64,000 bases of DNA from Candidatus Sumerlaeaceae bacterium. GTDB taxonomy: Bacteria > Sumerlaeota > Sumerlaeia > Sumerlaeales > Sumerlaeaceae. Below, in pieces: positions 8,731 to 18,823 of this stretch. The number at the start of each line of letters is the position of its first letter. Position 1 is the first letter of the stretch. Position numbers and translations under genes: made by a program. Below the pieces are notes generated by a model. The model searched no databases. It saw nothing but the letters and a program-made list of their open reading frames with translations, and was not told where the DNA came from. The stretch is taken from the NCBI GenBank assembly GCA_051003195.1, contig JBPCLP010000009.1, forward strand, positions 32,001-96,000, given 5' to 3'.

Positions 8731-9524
8731 TCATTAGCAGGGCGCCTTCCCAGCGGCGGCTTGTTCTTTTTGGAATGTGTTTGTTTGTGTTACTGGCGCA
8801 CGGGTTTGCGCAGCCGACGTCGTCGGCCGATGCAATTCGAACGCCATTTTTCGAGCTGCTCTGGAATTATCGTAAGCTGTTCCTGCTGGGCACCTGGGTT
8901 ACGATTCAAATCAGCGTCGCATCCATGCTGCTGGCAATGTCAGTCGGCCTATGCCTGGCGTTGCTCCGGTTGTATGGCACAAGCATTCTCTCGCGCCTGG
9001 CATTGGGTTACATCGAGTTCGTTCGTGGAACTCCACTCCTGGTGCAGCTCTTCTTTATCTACTACGGCCTGCCGGAAGTCCCGGGCCTGCACCTTAAATT
9101 GGGCGCCATGACGGCTGCCATCGTTGGAGTAGGCTTAAACTACGCGGCTTACGAAGCGGAGATCTACCGCGCGGGAATTATGGCGATACCTCGTGCACAG
9201 ACAGAAGCAGGTCTCGCGCTGGGCCTGACCAGGTGGCAGACAATTCGGCATGTGATACTGCCGCAGTCGTTTCGGTTAATTGTTCCACCGGTGACAAACG
9301 ACTTTGTGGCCCTGTTCAAGGACACATCGATCGTATCCGTCGTGGCCATTGCCGAACTGACGCAAACGTTTCGAAACGCCGGCATCGCTACACAACGCTA
9401 TCTCGAGTTTGCCATCGTTACGGCCCTCATCTATTTTGCGATCTCCTACCCGATCTCGAAACTTGCACGCCAACTGGAAAGACGAATTCACCCGCACCAT
9501 GATTTCGATACGCAGCCTTTCTAA
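8727..9524 (+). CDS. Polar amino acid ABC transporter permease (HisM/GlnP family)
   Basis: YIEFVRGTPLLVQLFFIYYGLP; AYEAEIYRAGI; EAA-like QTEAGLALGL; FKDTS. Confidence 0.93.
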   Translation: MIISRAPSQRRLVLFGMCLFVLLAHGFAQPTSSADAIRTPFFELLWNYRKLFLLGTWVTIQISVASMLLAMSVGLCLALLRLYGTSILSRLALGYIEFVRGTPLLVQLFFIYYGLPEVPGLHLKLGAMTAAIVGVGLNYAAYEAEIYRAGIMAIPRAQTEAGLALGLTRWQTIRHVILPQSFRLIVPPVTNDFVALFKDTSIVSVVAIAELTQTFRNAGIATQRYLEFAIVTALIYFAISYPISKLARQLERRIHPHHDFDTQPF

Positions 9525-10170
9525 ACGTTTCGGGAAGCAGAGCGTCCTGAATGACGTGTCCCTCGAAATATCAAAAGGAGAAACTGTGGCGCTGCTCGGG
9601 CCTTCGGGCAGCGGGAAGACGACGTTGCTGCGGTGCCTTGTTGGACTGGAGCGATTTGACGCCGGAGAAGTGGAGGTGGCCGGAATTGTTGTCTGTGCTC
9701 AGGATGGCGAAAACGATTACCAGGATCGGCTGCGGAGCATACGGCAGCGGTGTGGGCTGGTGTTCCAGCAATATCATCTGTTCCCGCACATGAACGTATT
9801 ACAGAACCTGGCGCTGGCGCCTGTGCACGCGCGCGGTATGCGGCGGGAAGAAGCTGAACGCATGGGGATGGAGCTGCTGGAGCAAGTGGGCCTCGGGGTG
9901 AAGGCGACACAGCGGCCGGGTAAATTATCCGGTGGGGAACAGCAGCGGGTGGCAATTGCGCGGGCGCTTGCCATGCGGCCAGATTGCCTGCTCTATGATG
10001 AGCCGACAAGTGCGCTGGACGCGGAGCGCGCACAGGAGATATGGAGTATTATGCGTGTACTGTCCGGGCAAGGCTACACGCAACTGATTGTGACGCATCA
10101 GGAAAAACTTGCCGAGACTTTGCAGTGCCGGATTCTACGGATGTCGCAGGGGCGAGTCATCACAGGATAA
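9499..10170 (+). CDS. Polar amino acid ABC transporter ATP-binding protein (GlnQ family)
   Basis: GPSGSGKTT, LSGGEQQRVAIARALAM, DEPTSALD; start MISIRSL overlaps permease end. Confidence 0.93.
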   Translation: MISIRSLSKRFGKQSVLNDVSLEISKGETVALLGPSGSGKTTLLRCLVGLERFDAGEVEVAGIVVCAQDGENDYQDRLRSIRQRCGLVFQQYHLFPHMNVLQNLALAPVHARGMRREEAERMGMELLEQVGLGVKATQRPGKLSGGEQQRVAIARALAMRPDCLLYDEPTSALDAERAQEIWSIMRVLSGQGYTQLIVTHQEKLAETLQCRILRMSQGRVITG

Positions 10171-10208
10171 TGCATTCGCCGGAATGTTACCGGCCCTCGT
10201 TGCCGGCT

Positions 10209-10808
10209 CTATTGCAGCGGAATCTTTTCCAGATCGAGGTCGGTATTGATATCGAGCAGCCGGGACGCAAACGACAACGGTTTCTCGCCCGGAAGATGGA
10301 CCTCGACCCGATAGCGGCCACGCTGCGGTGCCTCTATGGCGAACTTGTTCTGGTGCAGCGGAACGCGACGAACGGTGACGTCGTGCCCGATGAAGATGAC
10401 CACGACCTCAGGCGGAATCGTTACGCCGGCAGGAATGCTGAGTGTACCTGAAACTTTCGGGCCAAGTGTAATGCGTGATCCGGCTTTTGAAGTTGCCGGC
10501 AGCTCGTACCGGGTCTGGTTACCGGTGACATGCACCTCGTGTGAGTAAAAGGCTCCTTCGCCCGTCCGCGCGCTGAACATATAGTTTCCGGGCGCGAGGG
10601 TGGCCGTTGTAAGCCACGTATTGGTATCAAAAAACCGAAGTTTCAATGGCTGGCGCCTCTCGCCCTCGGAGGGAGGGTAGGCCAGCTGTGCCTTATCGTA
10701 CTCTTTTTCACCGGGCACATGAAAGACAATGGAACCCTTTGGTGTGAAGTCGCACGCGGTACAGACAAGCGCGAAGACCCCACCCGCAAAGGCCAGGCGG
10801 GCCTTCAT
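10209..10808 (-). CDS. Hypothetical lipoprotein, beta-rich
   Basis: Signal peptide ending CTAC; overlaps the stop of the upstream response regulator. Confidence 0.65.
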   Translation of the reverse strand: MKARLAFAGGVFALVCTACDFTPKGSIVFHVPGEKEYDKAQLAYPPSEGERRQPLKLRFFDTNTWLTTATLAPGNYMFSARTGEGAFYSHEVHVTGNQTRYELPATSKAGSRITLGPKVSGTLSIPAGVTIPPEVVVIFIGHDVTVRRVPLHQNKFAIEAPQRGRYRVEVHLPGEKPLSFASRLLDINTDLDLEKIPLQ

Positions 10809-11215
10809 TGGCTATCCTGTGAAGGTTTGCTCGGGGCACGCTGTGCGAGGAGCCTGTCCACCAATTCCAATACCTGCATAGGGCTAAAGGGCTTGGAGAC
10901 GAAAGCGTCTGTTCCTGCGGCTTTATTCCAGAAGCCGTCCGCAAGTTCTTTGTCCTTTGTCGCTGCTGTGATCAGCACAACCGGCGTATCTGGCGCAAAG
11001 GACTGCAGTTTAATCCGTTTGCAGAGCTCATCGCCTTTCATGCGGGGCATCACGACATCGCTGAGTACTATGTCGGGCTTTTCGGAGTTGAAGAGTTCCC
11101 AGGCCTCTTCCCCGTTACGCGCCACGATTACATCGTATTTGGTCTGCAAAACAGCGCGCAGCATCTGGCGAATTTCGAGTACGTCGTCGGCGACCAGCAC
11201 TTTTGAACGCGACAT
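10805..11215 (-). CDS. Stand-alone response regulator receiver protein
   Basis: VLVADD, DIVLSDVVMPRMKG, LITA, FVSKPFSP. Confidence 0.9.
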   Translation of the reverse strand: MSRSKVLVADDVLEIRQMLRAVLQTKYDVIVARNGEEAWELFNSEKPDIVLSDVVMPRMKGDELCKRIKLQSFAPDTPVVLITAATKDKELADGFWNKAAGTDAFVSKPFSPMQVLELVDRLLAQRAPSKPSQDSQ

Positions 11216-11219
11216 TAAG

Positions 11220-13571
11220 TCAGTCCTCAAGTACTTCGAGATTTGCGTATCTTGCCAGCAAGTGATGCACTCCGCCATCGTCAAGGTGCAGAATGAGCTG
11301 CAGGTTCGAGCCGCTGCCGCTTACGCCCGCGACAATTCCTTCGCCCAAAAGCGGATGCCGCACGCGCTTACCGAGGTCGATGCCGCGGCGTCGATGGGGC
11401 AGGTCATCGGATGGAGTTGATTCCGTGTGCAGGGCCACTGGTTGCTTTCGTGCTTCTACCAGCGGATGTTGTGCATACGGCGCCGAAGGTTTCGCACGTC
11501 CTTCGCGAGGGAAAGCGCCGGGCTGTACGGACTGCGGGCGCGCAGACGGGCGCGGCTGCTGGTGTAACAGTGTATAATGCCGTTCTTCATCCGGGGCAGA
11601 TGGAACAGCTTCTTCTGCGTCAGCATAGTACGAGGGGTTGAATGGATCAAGGTCCTGCAGCAGCTCGTGGGGCAATTCACGCAGGAAGCCGGATGGCGGA
11701 TTGTACTTCACGTCTCCATACCATACGCGCGATTCGCTGCGTGACAGCGTCAGGATTTCCCGCGCGCGAGTGATACCTACATAGCAGAGCCGGCGCTCCT
11801 CTTCGTAGTCGCCACGATCCATGACTGCACGCAGGCTGGGGAAGATCGAGTCCTCCATGCCTACCATAAATACTGCCTTATACTCGAGCCCCTTTGCGGC
11901 GTGCAGGGTCATCAGGCTGACTGCGGGCTCGTCTGCCTTGAGTTCGTCGGTGGCATTGACGAGGCTAACATTCTCCAGGTAATCCTGCAGTGCCGCGGTC
12001 GGATGCTCCTTCTCGAACAGCACAATTGCGGAGAGTAGCTCCTCGAGGTTTTCCGTGCGTGCGATCACCTCGAGCGCCTTCGGATCTCCAAGGCTCTCGA
12101 TATAGCGGGTTTCTTCAAGTACCCGGCGATAAACCTCGGACGGGCTGTTCTCGCGTGCGAATGCAGACCACGTCAGAATCTGCGAAAGGAAATTACCAAG
12201 CTTGCCCGCCGCCGCACGCGGAAGCTCGTCCGTTGCAAGGATTCGCCGTGCCGCCTCAAAGATGGCAATGTTGTGCAGACTGGAAAAATCGATGACGGTC
12301 TGGATGCTTTTTTTGCCGAGACCGCGCTTTGGGCTGTTAATGATACGCAGCAGTGCAATCGAATTGGTGGGGTTCGCCACGACCTGCAGATAGGAGATCA
12401 TGTCCTTAATCTCGGCGCGATCGTAAAAGCGCACGCCGCCGACAATGCGATACGGGACTTTGAATTCGCGCATGCGATCTTCAAAGATTCGTCCAAGCGC
12501 GCCAATGCGGTAGAACAGGGCGATATCGCCATATCCGTAGCCACGCTTAATCAGCTCTTCAATCGCGTAGGCAACGCCGAGTGACTCTTCATTCTCCGAG
12601 CGCGCCTGCATGACGAAGAGAGGTGCGCCACGTTCGCCCTCGGTAAAGAGCGTCTTGCCGAGACGCTCGTTGTTGTTCGCGATAACAGCAGCTGCGCCCG
12701 CCAGAATGTTCGCAGTTGAGCGATAGTTCTGCTCCAGGCGCACGATGCGCGAGTCGGGGAAATGCTTCTGGAAATCCAGCAGGTTGTTAATGTCGGCGCC
12801 GCGCCAGGAATAGATCGACTGGTCCTCGTCGCCGACCACAGCCAGGTTGCGGTGTTTCGCGGCAAGCAGGCTTACCAGCTCGACCTGCACCGCATTGGTG
12901 TCCTGGTATTCATCCACCATGACATGCCGGAAACGGTTCTGGTAGTAATCCAGAATGCTGGGTACGTTTTGGAAGAGGCGCACGGTCAGGAGAATTAAAT
13001 CTTCGAAATCGACAGCGGAGCTTTCGCGCAGGTACGACGTGTACGCGCGGTAGATGTCCTCGTATTCCTCGACGAAGTTCGTTGCGATCTGATAGACGTG
13101 TTCCGGACCCAGCATCCGCATTTTGCACTGGTTAATCACGTACTGGGCGTCGGCGGGTTTGATCTCCTTGTCATTCACATCAAGTTTCTTCATCACGTGT
13201 TTCAGCGCAGAAACCTGGTCGCGGTCGTCGCAAATCGTGAAGTTTGGCTCAAGTCCCGCGGCAACGGATTGCGTGCGCAGAATGCGTGCGCACATCGAGT
13301 GAAAAGTCGAAATGTGAAATTCGGGCGAGCATAGGTTATGTGTGAGCTCGGCCACACGGCGCTTCATTTCGTCGGCGGCCTTATTGGTAAAGGTAGCAGC
13401 GTAAATCTGGAACGGGCGCACGCCGCGATCGCGCACCAGCATGGCGAGGCGTCGCGTGATGACACGTGTTTTTCCCGTGCCCGCGCCGGCTACGATGAGC
13501 AATGGGCCATCGGGCGCCGTGACGGCGGCAAGCTGCTGCGGATTCAAGTCATCGAGGATCGAGTCGGGCAT
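11220..13571 (-). CDS. pcrA: ATP-dependent DNA helicase PcrA/UvrD
   Basis: AGAGTGKT, TFTNKAA, VDEYQDTN, VGDEDQSIYSWRGA, LEQNYRST, TLHAAKGLE, EEERRLCYVGITRA; C-terminal Tudor-like RVRHPLLGEG. Confidence 0.95.
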   Translation of the reverse strand: MPDSILDDLNPQQLAAVTAPDGPLLIVAGAGTGKTRVITRRLAMLVRDRGVRPFQIYAATFTNKAADEMKRRVAELTHNLCSPEFHISTFHSMCARILRTQSVAAGLEPNFTICDDRDQVSALKHVMKKLDVNDKEIKPADAQYVINQCKMRMLGPEHVYQIATNFVEEYEDIYRAYTSYLRESSAVDFEDLILLTVRLFQNVPSILDYYQNRFRHVMVDEYQDTNAVQVELVSLLAAKHRNLAVVGDEDQSIYSWRGADINNLLDFQKHFPDSRIVRLEQNYRSTANILAGAAAVIANNNERLGKTLFTEGERGAPLFVMQARSENEESLGVAYAIEELIKRGYGYGDIALFYRIGALGRIFEDRMREFKVPYRIVGGVRFYDRAEIKDMISYLQVVANPTNSIALLRIINSPKRGLGKKSIQTVIDFSSLHNIAIFEAARRILATDELPRAAAGKLGNFLSQILTWSAFARENSPSEVYRRVLEETRYIESLGDPKALEVIARTENLEELLSAIVLFEKEHPTAALQDYLENVSLVNATDELKADEPAVSLMTLHAAKGLEYKAVFMVGMEDSIFPSLRAVMDRGDYEEERRLCYVGITRAREILTLSRSESRVWYGDVKYNPPSGFLRELPHELLQDLDPFNPSYYADAEEAVPSAPDEERHYTLLHQQPRPSARPQSVQPGAFPREGRAKPSAPYAQHPLVEARKQPVALHTESTPSDDLPHRRRGIDLGKRVRHPLLGEGIVAGVSGSGSNLQLILHLDDGGVHHLLARYANLEVLED

Positions 13572-13661
13572 ACGGAATTACGACTACCGGCAGTGGAGCA
13601 GACTGTGCACCATATTTTATTGAGGACGGGCATCAAAGCCCATATCATCCAGAAAACGGTG

Positions 13662-15812
13662 CTAGTCGAGACTCAGTTCTGACAGTTTGACTGGAATGGA
13701 GACGGACGTATAATAGATAATGAGCTGGGGACGCGCAGAGGCGGTGGCATTCTCTTTGGTGGTCATGTTGGCGTGGCGGCCGTCGTCGGCTGTATCGCTG
13801 GCGAACATCGTTTCGCGGGCAAGGATGAACGTGGCTACCTTGTCTCCGGCAGTCTGGCTCGTAATAAAGTCCGTAACGTCGAGGCGCTGCGCCTGGTCGG
13901 TTCCATCGAATGCGAAGTCGCCTATTGGCCACGAACTGGTACCCTGGTTTGTGACGGTTGTGGTGGTCGGATCGTGATCGGGAGCACTATTCCACGTAAG
14001 GCTGGACTCCTGCCAGGTATCATTGAGCGAGCCATAAAGATGGAGGTTCAGAGGAGTGGAGTCGACGGGATTGCGTCCCTGGATCTGAAGGAGCGCACGA
14101 CGAATGATTGCGTCCGCTGGCAGCGTAGCCATATCGAACTTCAGGTAAGCTTTACGATGCAGGTTGCTGTTGATAGTGCTCGTTTTTACGAGCATACTGG
14201 TGTTGCTGCCGAAATTGGTGGAAGCTGAGGTGCCGCCCTGGATGTTTGTATCGTCCGACGGAGTGAAAGTAGCTGAAATGGGGGCGGTCCCTTTTAGCGC
14301 AGTAAGAAGCCATACACTGAGCGGGGGCTGCGTAGCTGTGACAACCCTGCTGACTGGAACACTGAGAAGCGACACGACTCCGCCGTGCTGCAATGCGCTG
14401 ACCTCTTCAATCGTTACGGTAGTACCTTCGGCAATATCCAGCGCCGACAAATTGTAAGTGGCGGCGACACTGTCCACACTGGACGCATTATTACTGTAGA
14501 TCCGGTACACGGAACTACTTGTGTCCACTGCTGCGTGAGCAATATAGCCGCTCGATGTGCCGGTCTGGCTGATCTGCAGTCGGTCCCGCTGGCCGGCAAA
14601 AGTCTGGGCGAACAGCTTCATCACGTCGACAGCTTTTTTGGCGCCGGTAACGTTGCGGTCTCCGATATCCCAAACGTAATGGTAGCCAGTCCGGTACTTG
14701 CCGAAGGTAGATGAGTAAGTTTCGCTGAACTTAAAGGAGGTCATGCCCCAAACACCGTTCGCCATGGAGTAGCACAGAATGTTCGCGATGTCGCAGAACT
14801 GCGTGGGGCTTTCCAGCGAAACGCTAACTGGTTGGGTCTCCCATGTGGAGGTGTTGTAGCGATTGTACTCGGTGTATAGAACGGGCAGCATTAGACCTGC
14901 GGCATGGTACTGCGGGATTTTGGATTGCAGCGTGGTCAGCTGACTCACAAAGGTGGTATAGGTGGCATTGTACTGATGGGTGCAGTAGACCTGGAAATTA
15001 TCATACGCGATGGGGTTGCCGTTGTAATCGGTGCGAATATTGGCGAGCTTTGTCTGGCCATAGGTGTCAATGTTGCTGAAATTCTTGAGCGTCGGACAGA
15101 TGACTGTTGGTGTCAGCGATTTGTTGTAGTTCGTATTTACGTCCAGGACGGCGCAGCGAAGAGCGTCATCGGCAAACTTGGTCCATTCGGCGTACTCAGC
15201 TTCGCTTACAGGGCTACCTGTCTGGTCCGGCTCGTTGCACGTTTCGAACATGTGAACGTCGAAGTTTTTGGCCATGTAGTAGCCCATGGCGTAGTGCTTC
15301 TGCCAATGCTCCCAACGATCGGCCCAGGTGCCAGGAAGCGCATAAGCCCTGGAATCCATCTCAACAATTGTCGCCACACCGAGCGACTTGCACCCGGACA
15401 GCATAGCGTTGGCGGTGCATTCATTGACGCCGGTCTGCACATAATTCTGAAAACGATCTTCAAACGCTGTAAAATTGATGAACAGTGGATTCTCGGGATC
15501 GGCGCGTAGCGCAATTCGTCGCGCATCAAACGTAGTCTGGTCGATCACGCCGTCCCCATACGGCGCGATATCGTCCGTTGGTTCGTAACTTTCCGGGTTG
15601 GTCCATACTCGAAGGCAATTAATTCCCGCGCGCTTTAGCCATGCAGTCGTGTTGCCTGCCGGCATGTAATAGCCCTGGTTATAGCCGATATACTTTGGTC
15701 CCTGCCCGATTACGGTGGAATTGGTCTGCAAGGTAACCGGGTTTGTTGTGGCCACAGAAGATAGCGGAAAAACCCAAATAGCTGCGACCAGGAGTATGGC
15801 TGCGGTTTTCAT
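13662..15812 (-). CDS. Secreted putative clan GH-A glycoside hydrolase with C-terminal DNRLRE/CBM96-like domain
   Basis: Signal peptide; NEP (acid/base-like) and TEYN (nucleophile-like) motifs; DTNIQGG..NFG..RKAYLKFD..W.E..LTWN..P..RPQL module; ends IPVKLSELSLD. Confidence 0.7.
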   Translation of the reverse strand: MKTAAILLVAAIWVFPLSSVATTNPVTLQTNSTVIGQGPKYIGYNQGYYMPAGNTTAWLKRAGINCLRVWTNPESYEPTDDIAPYGDGVIDQTTFDARRIALRADPENPLFINFTAFEDRFQNYVQTGVNECTANAMLSGCKSLGVATIVEMDSRAYALPGTWADRWEHWQKHYAMGYYMAKNFDVHMFETCNEPDQTGSPVSEAEYAEWTKFADDALRCAVLDVNTNYNKSLTPTVICPTLKNFSNIDTYGQTKLANIRTDYNGNPIAYDNFQVYCTHQYNATYTTFVSQLTTLQSKIPQYHAAGLMLPVLYTEYNRYNTSTWETQPVSVSLESPTQFCDIANILCYSMANGVWGMTSFKFSETYSSTFGKYRTGYHYVWDIGDRNVTGAKKAVDVMKLFAQTFAGQRDRLQISQTGTSSGYIAHAAVDTSSSVYRIYSNNASSVDSVAATYNLSALDIAEGTTVTIEEVSALQHGGVVSLLSVPVSRVVTATQPPLSVWLLTALKGTAPISATFTPSDDTNIQGGTSASTNFGSNTSMLVKTSTINSNLHRKAYLKFDMATLPADAIIRRALLQIQGRNPVDSTPLNLHLYGSLNDTWQESSLTWNSAPDHDPTTTTVTNQGTSSWPIGDFAFDGTDQAQRLDVTDFITSQTAGDKVATFILARETMFASDTADDGRHANMTTKENATASARPQLIIYYTSVSIPVKLSELSLD

Positions 15813-15864
15813 TCTGTATCAGGCTACCGCGTCTGGGGAGCAGCAATCAAAGAATTCGCACGTG

Positions 15865-17235
15865 TTAGATTGCCTCGCTGAATGGCAGGACGTGGAGCGT
15901 AAGATTTATAACGGCATAAGGTAACGCGAAGCCGAGCTGACAGCGCGGTGTACAATGCTGCAACTTGTGAAGCAGCAGCAGATGGGCGGGAATTGCAAAG
16001 CCGGCAAGCAGGTCGAAATCCTTAATGTAACCAATGTCGGGGTTCCATGTGAGCGCGAGTGCCAGCATGCCAAGAAAGCCAGCCGTTAGAAAACATGTCG
16101 CCGGATCTTTTGCTCGAGTGCCTGTCGTCGCTGCATATAGAACAACTGGGAGGACGGGGCACGCGTAGACGATGAGGTTTGCGATATTCAGCCAATAGGT
16201 TCGGCTCCAGATTGTGTGCTGTGACCCAGTCGGGTGGCCGGTAAAATCGACAAACATTCCGAGATCGCCACCGCCGAGGGCGTTACCGAACCACGGCCCG
16301 GGCAGTTTTAGAATGTACGCGGCGGCCATGGTCAGTACCAGCGGCATAAATGGCGCGATACAAAGTGCGAACAATTGGAGTGCCGCGAAAACTTCCACTT
16401 GTTTAATATTATGCGTGCGCATGAACCATAGGGCAGCGAGAACGAGGTGGGCCGCCGTGAGAAAACAGATGGCGCCATGGGACCAGATGGCGAGTGCGAG
16501 AACCAGAGTTTCCGGCCAGGGGCTACGCCGAAGCCGCAGATGGATGTAGCGTAACCCAAGCAACAGATACGTTGCCGAGAGCGCGTAGGCGAGCGGCGTA
16601 TTTTCGCGATAGCCGCAGAAAAGCGCGATTAACGGGGAGAACAAGAGAATCAGAATCACAACTGTGCGAGGCGCATATGGCAGAGCACGGCGGCCAAACA
16701 CCCAGATGGCAGCGATGAACAGGCAGCCGGACAAGACGGAGCTGACGCGCATCGCGAGATCGTTGGATGCGACGCCGATGACTTCCAGCATCTTGAAACA
16801 GGCGTAGTGGCTCCAGCGGCCGAGCGGCTCACTTGGTATCAGGTCGGGTTTATTTGCGATCTTGATCCAGCCTGTATAGTCGCCTTCGTAGCCACTGCTG
16901 AAATGCAGTCCAAGAGCCGCGCTCCCAAAGAGGACGCATGTGGCCAGGCCGCCGTACAATAATCGCTTTAATGGAGGGGACTGGAGCAGAGCGGGAGACG
17001 CTGAATCAGCCCGATGATCGCGGGCTGAAGTTTTCAGGAGTGTCGCGACGAACAGTACTGATCCGAGCAACTCAGCAAGGAGAAGCCATGTCAGCCACTG
17101 CGGGGGCTTTCGTATCAGCACCCACACATAGGAACGTAGTCCGGGTGAAAAAACGGCAAAGTATTGCGCAACCGGCAGCCCAATACCGAACAGGAGCAGA
17201 ATATAGAGGAGACGGCGACAGGCGCGACTGGTCAC
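15865..17235 (-). CDS. Polytopic membrane protein, probable GT-C-type glycosyltransferase
   Basis: About 10-12 hydrophobic segments; GYRENT and WNPDIGYIKDFDLL loops. Confidence 0.55.
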   Translation of the reverse strand: MTSRACRRLLYILLLFGIGLPVAQYFAVFSPGLRSYVWVLIRKPPQWLTWLLLAELLGSVLFVATLLKTSARDHRADSASPALLQSPPLKRLLYGGLATCVLFGSAALGLHFSSGYEGDYTGWIKIANKPDLIPSEPLGRWSHYACFKMLEVIGVASNDLAMRVSSVLSGCLFIAAIWVFGRRALPYAPRTVVILILLFSPLIALFCGYRENTPLAYALSATYLLLGLRYIHLRLRRSPWPETLVLALAIWSHGAICFLTAAHLVLAALWFMRTHNIKQVEVFAALQLFALCIAPFMPLVLTMAAAYILKLPGPWFGNALGGGDLGMFVDFTGHPTGSQHTIWSRTYWLNIANLIVYACPVLPVVLYAATTGTRAKDPATCFLTAGFLGMLALALTWNPDIGYIKDFDLLAGFAIPAHLLLLHKLQHCTPRCQLGFALPYAVINLTLHVLPFSEAI

Positions 17236-17241
17236 ACTGCT

Positions 17242-18645
17242 TTACAGCTCGTACACTTCTCCGCGCGCGGGGGTGAGCACCTCTACGCCGGGCAAATCCT
17301 GCATCAAAAACTCTCGCAGGGTGAGCATCGCCTTCTCTTCTCCGTGAACCAGGAATATTTTGCGCAATGTACCCGCGGAAGCCGCCTGGCGCGCGAACAT
17401 ACGCAATTCGTCGCGGTCGCCGTGCGCGCTGAAGGCGTTAAATGTCACGACTTCTGCGTTCAGCTTGTGTACTTCGCCGAAGATTTTAACTTCCGGCTGC
17501 TTCTCGACGATTCGGCGGCCAAGCGTGTTCTCGGCCTGGAATCCAACGATGAACACCGCGTTGCGCGGGTCGCCGATGTTATTGCGCAGGTGATGCAGTA
17601 TGCGGCCGGACTCTGCCATTCCCGATGCACTGATGATCACACATGGAGCATTGAGCAGATTAATGCGCTTAGACTCGTCCACATTCTGTGTGTACAGAAG
17701 TCCTTCGAACCCGAATGGATCCGCATCCGCCTTCATGTCGCGCAGCACGTATTCATCGAAACATTCGGGGTGCGCCCGGAAGACCCCTGTTGCATTGGTG
17801 GATAGTGGACTGTCGACGTACACGGGCACGCGCGGCATCTTGCCGGCGTTCCACAAGCGGTTCATGGCGTAAACGATCTCCTGAGTGCGCCCAACACTAA
17901 ACGCGGGAATGATGATCTTACCGCCGCGTGCAATCACCCGGGTGGCTGCCTCCGCCAGCTGGGCTTCCGCAATCACATATTCCTGGTGAAGCCGATCGCC
18001 ATAGGTGCTTTCGAGAATCAAGTACTCAGCCGGCGAGGCAGTTTCCGGGTCTTTGAGTATGGGCATATTCCGCCGGCCGATGTCCGCGGAAAATGTCAGC
18101 TTCACATTTCGCCCGGCCTCTTGTAATTCGGTTTCGACAAAGGCTGAGCCGAGCACGTGGCCGGCATCTTTGTAGCGTATGGTGATCGTGTTGGGAAGGA
18201 CTTCGACTTCGCTGCCGTAGGCGTGCGGCTTCAGAAGCGGGATTGTGCGCTCGGCGTCATCGGCCGTGTAGAGCGGCTCAATGGGCAGCTCGCCTTGGCG
18301 CGAGAGCTTCTTATTCAGGAACCGCGCGTCCTGCTCCTGGATGTGAGCGCTGTCGCGCATGAGGATGGCGGCTAAATCCGCAGTCGCGCTGGTGCAGTGG
18401 ACCGGGTGCGCGTAACCGTTGCGCACCAGGTTTGGGATGTTGCCGCAGTGATCAATGTGCGTGTGCGACAATACCAGGGCATCGAGCAGCGGCGGAGCGA
18501 TGGCGAACTCGCGATTGAGAACATTCCCGAGTTTGCGATTGCCCTGAAACAGCCCGCAATCGAGCATGATGTTTTTGTCGCCCACGGTGAGCAGGTGAGA
18601 AGAGCCTGTGACGGTGCGTGCCGCCCCCCAGAATTTCAGTTTCAT
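17242..18645 (-). CDS. MBL-fold beta-CASP ribonuclease
   Basis: GAARTVTGS, DCGLFQG, SHTHIDHCG, AGHVLGSA, ESTYGDR, FSAHGD, LVHGE. Confidence 0.93.
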   Translation of the reverse strand: MKLKFWGAARTVTGSSHLLTVGDKNIMLDCGLFQGNRKLGNVLNREFAIAPPLLDALVLSHTHIDHCGNIPNLVRNGYAHPVHCTSATADLAAILMRDSAHIQEQDARFLNKKLSRQGELPIEPLYTADDAERTIPLLKPHAYGSEVEVLPNTITIRYKDAGHVLGSAFVETELQEAGRNVKLTFSADIGRRNMPILKDPETASPAEYLILESTYGDRLHQEYVIAEAQLAEAATRVIARGGKIIIPAFSVGRTQEIVYAMNRLWNAGKMPRVPVYVDSPLSTNATGVFRAHPECFDEYVLRDMKADADPFGFEGLLYTQNVDESKRINLLNAPCVIISASGMAESGRILHHLRNNIGDPRNAVFIVGFQAENTLGRRIVEKQPEVKIFGEVHKLNAEVVTFNAFSAHGDRDELRMFARQAASAGTLRKIFLVHGEEKAMLTLREFLMQDLPGVEVLTPARGEVYEL

Positions 18646-18669
18646 GTTCCAGCTTTCAGCTTTGATAAT

Positions 18670-18769
18670 CTAGTGTGGTCTACCGTTAGTTCGTAATCAG
18701 TTCTGTGTGCCGAATCGAGGTCAAGTCTGCCCTTTGCTCTGGTAAGGAACTACTTATTCGGCACACTGG
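18670..18769 (+). mobile_element. ~100-bp hairpin repeat, type A (putative IS630-derived MITE)
   Basis: Starts CTAGTGTG, ends CACACTGG; internal gtgtgccgaat / attcggcacac stem; homologs at 35402, 55161, 55407. Confidence 0.7.
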
Positions 18770-18823
18770 ATTCACACAGAGTTACACGAAGTCACTTCCA
18801 ACCAGATTCCAGTGCTTTTACCA

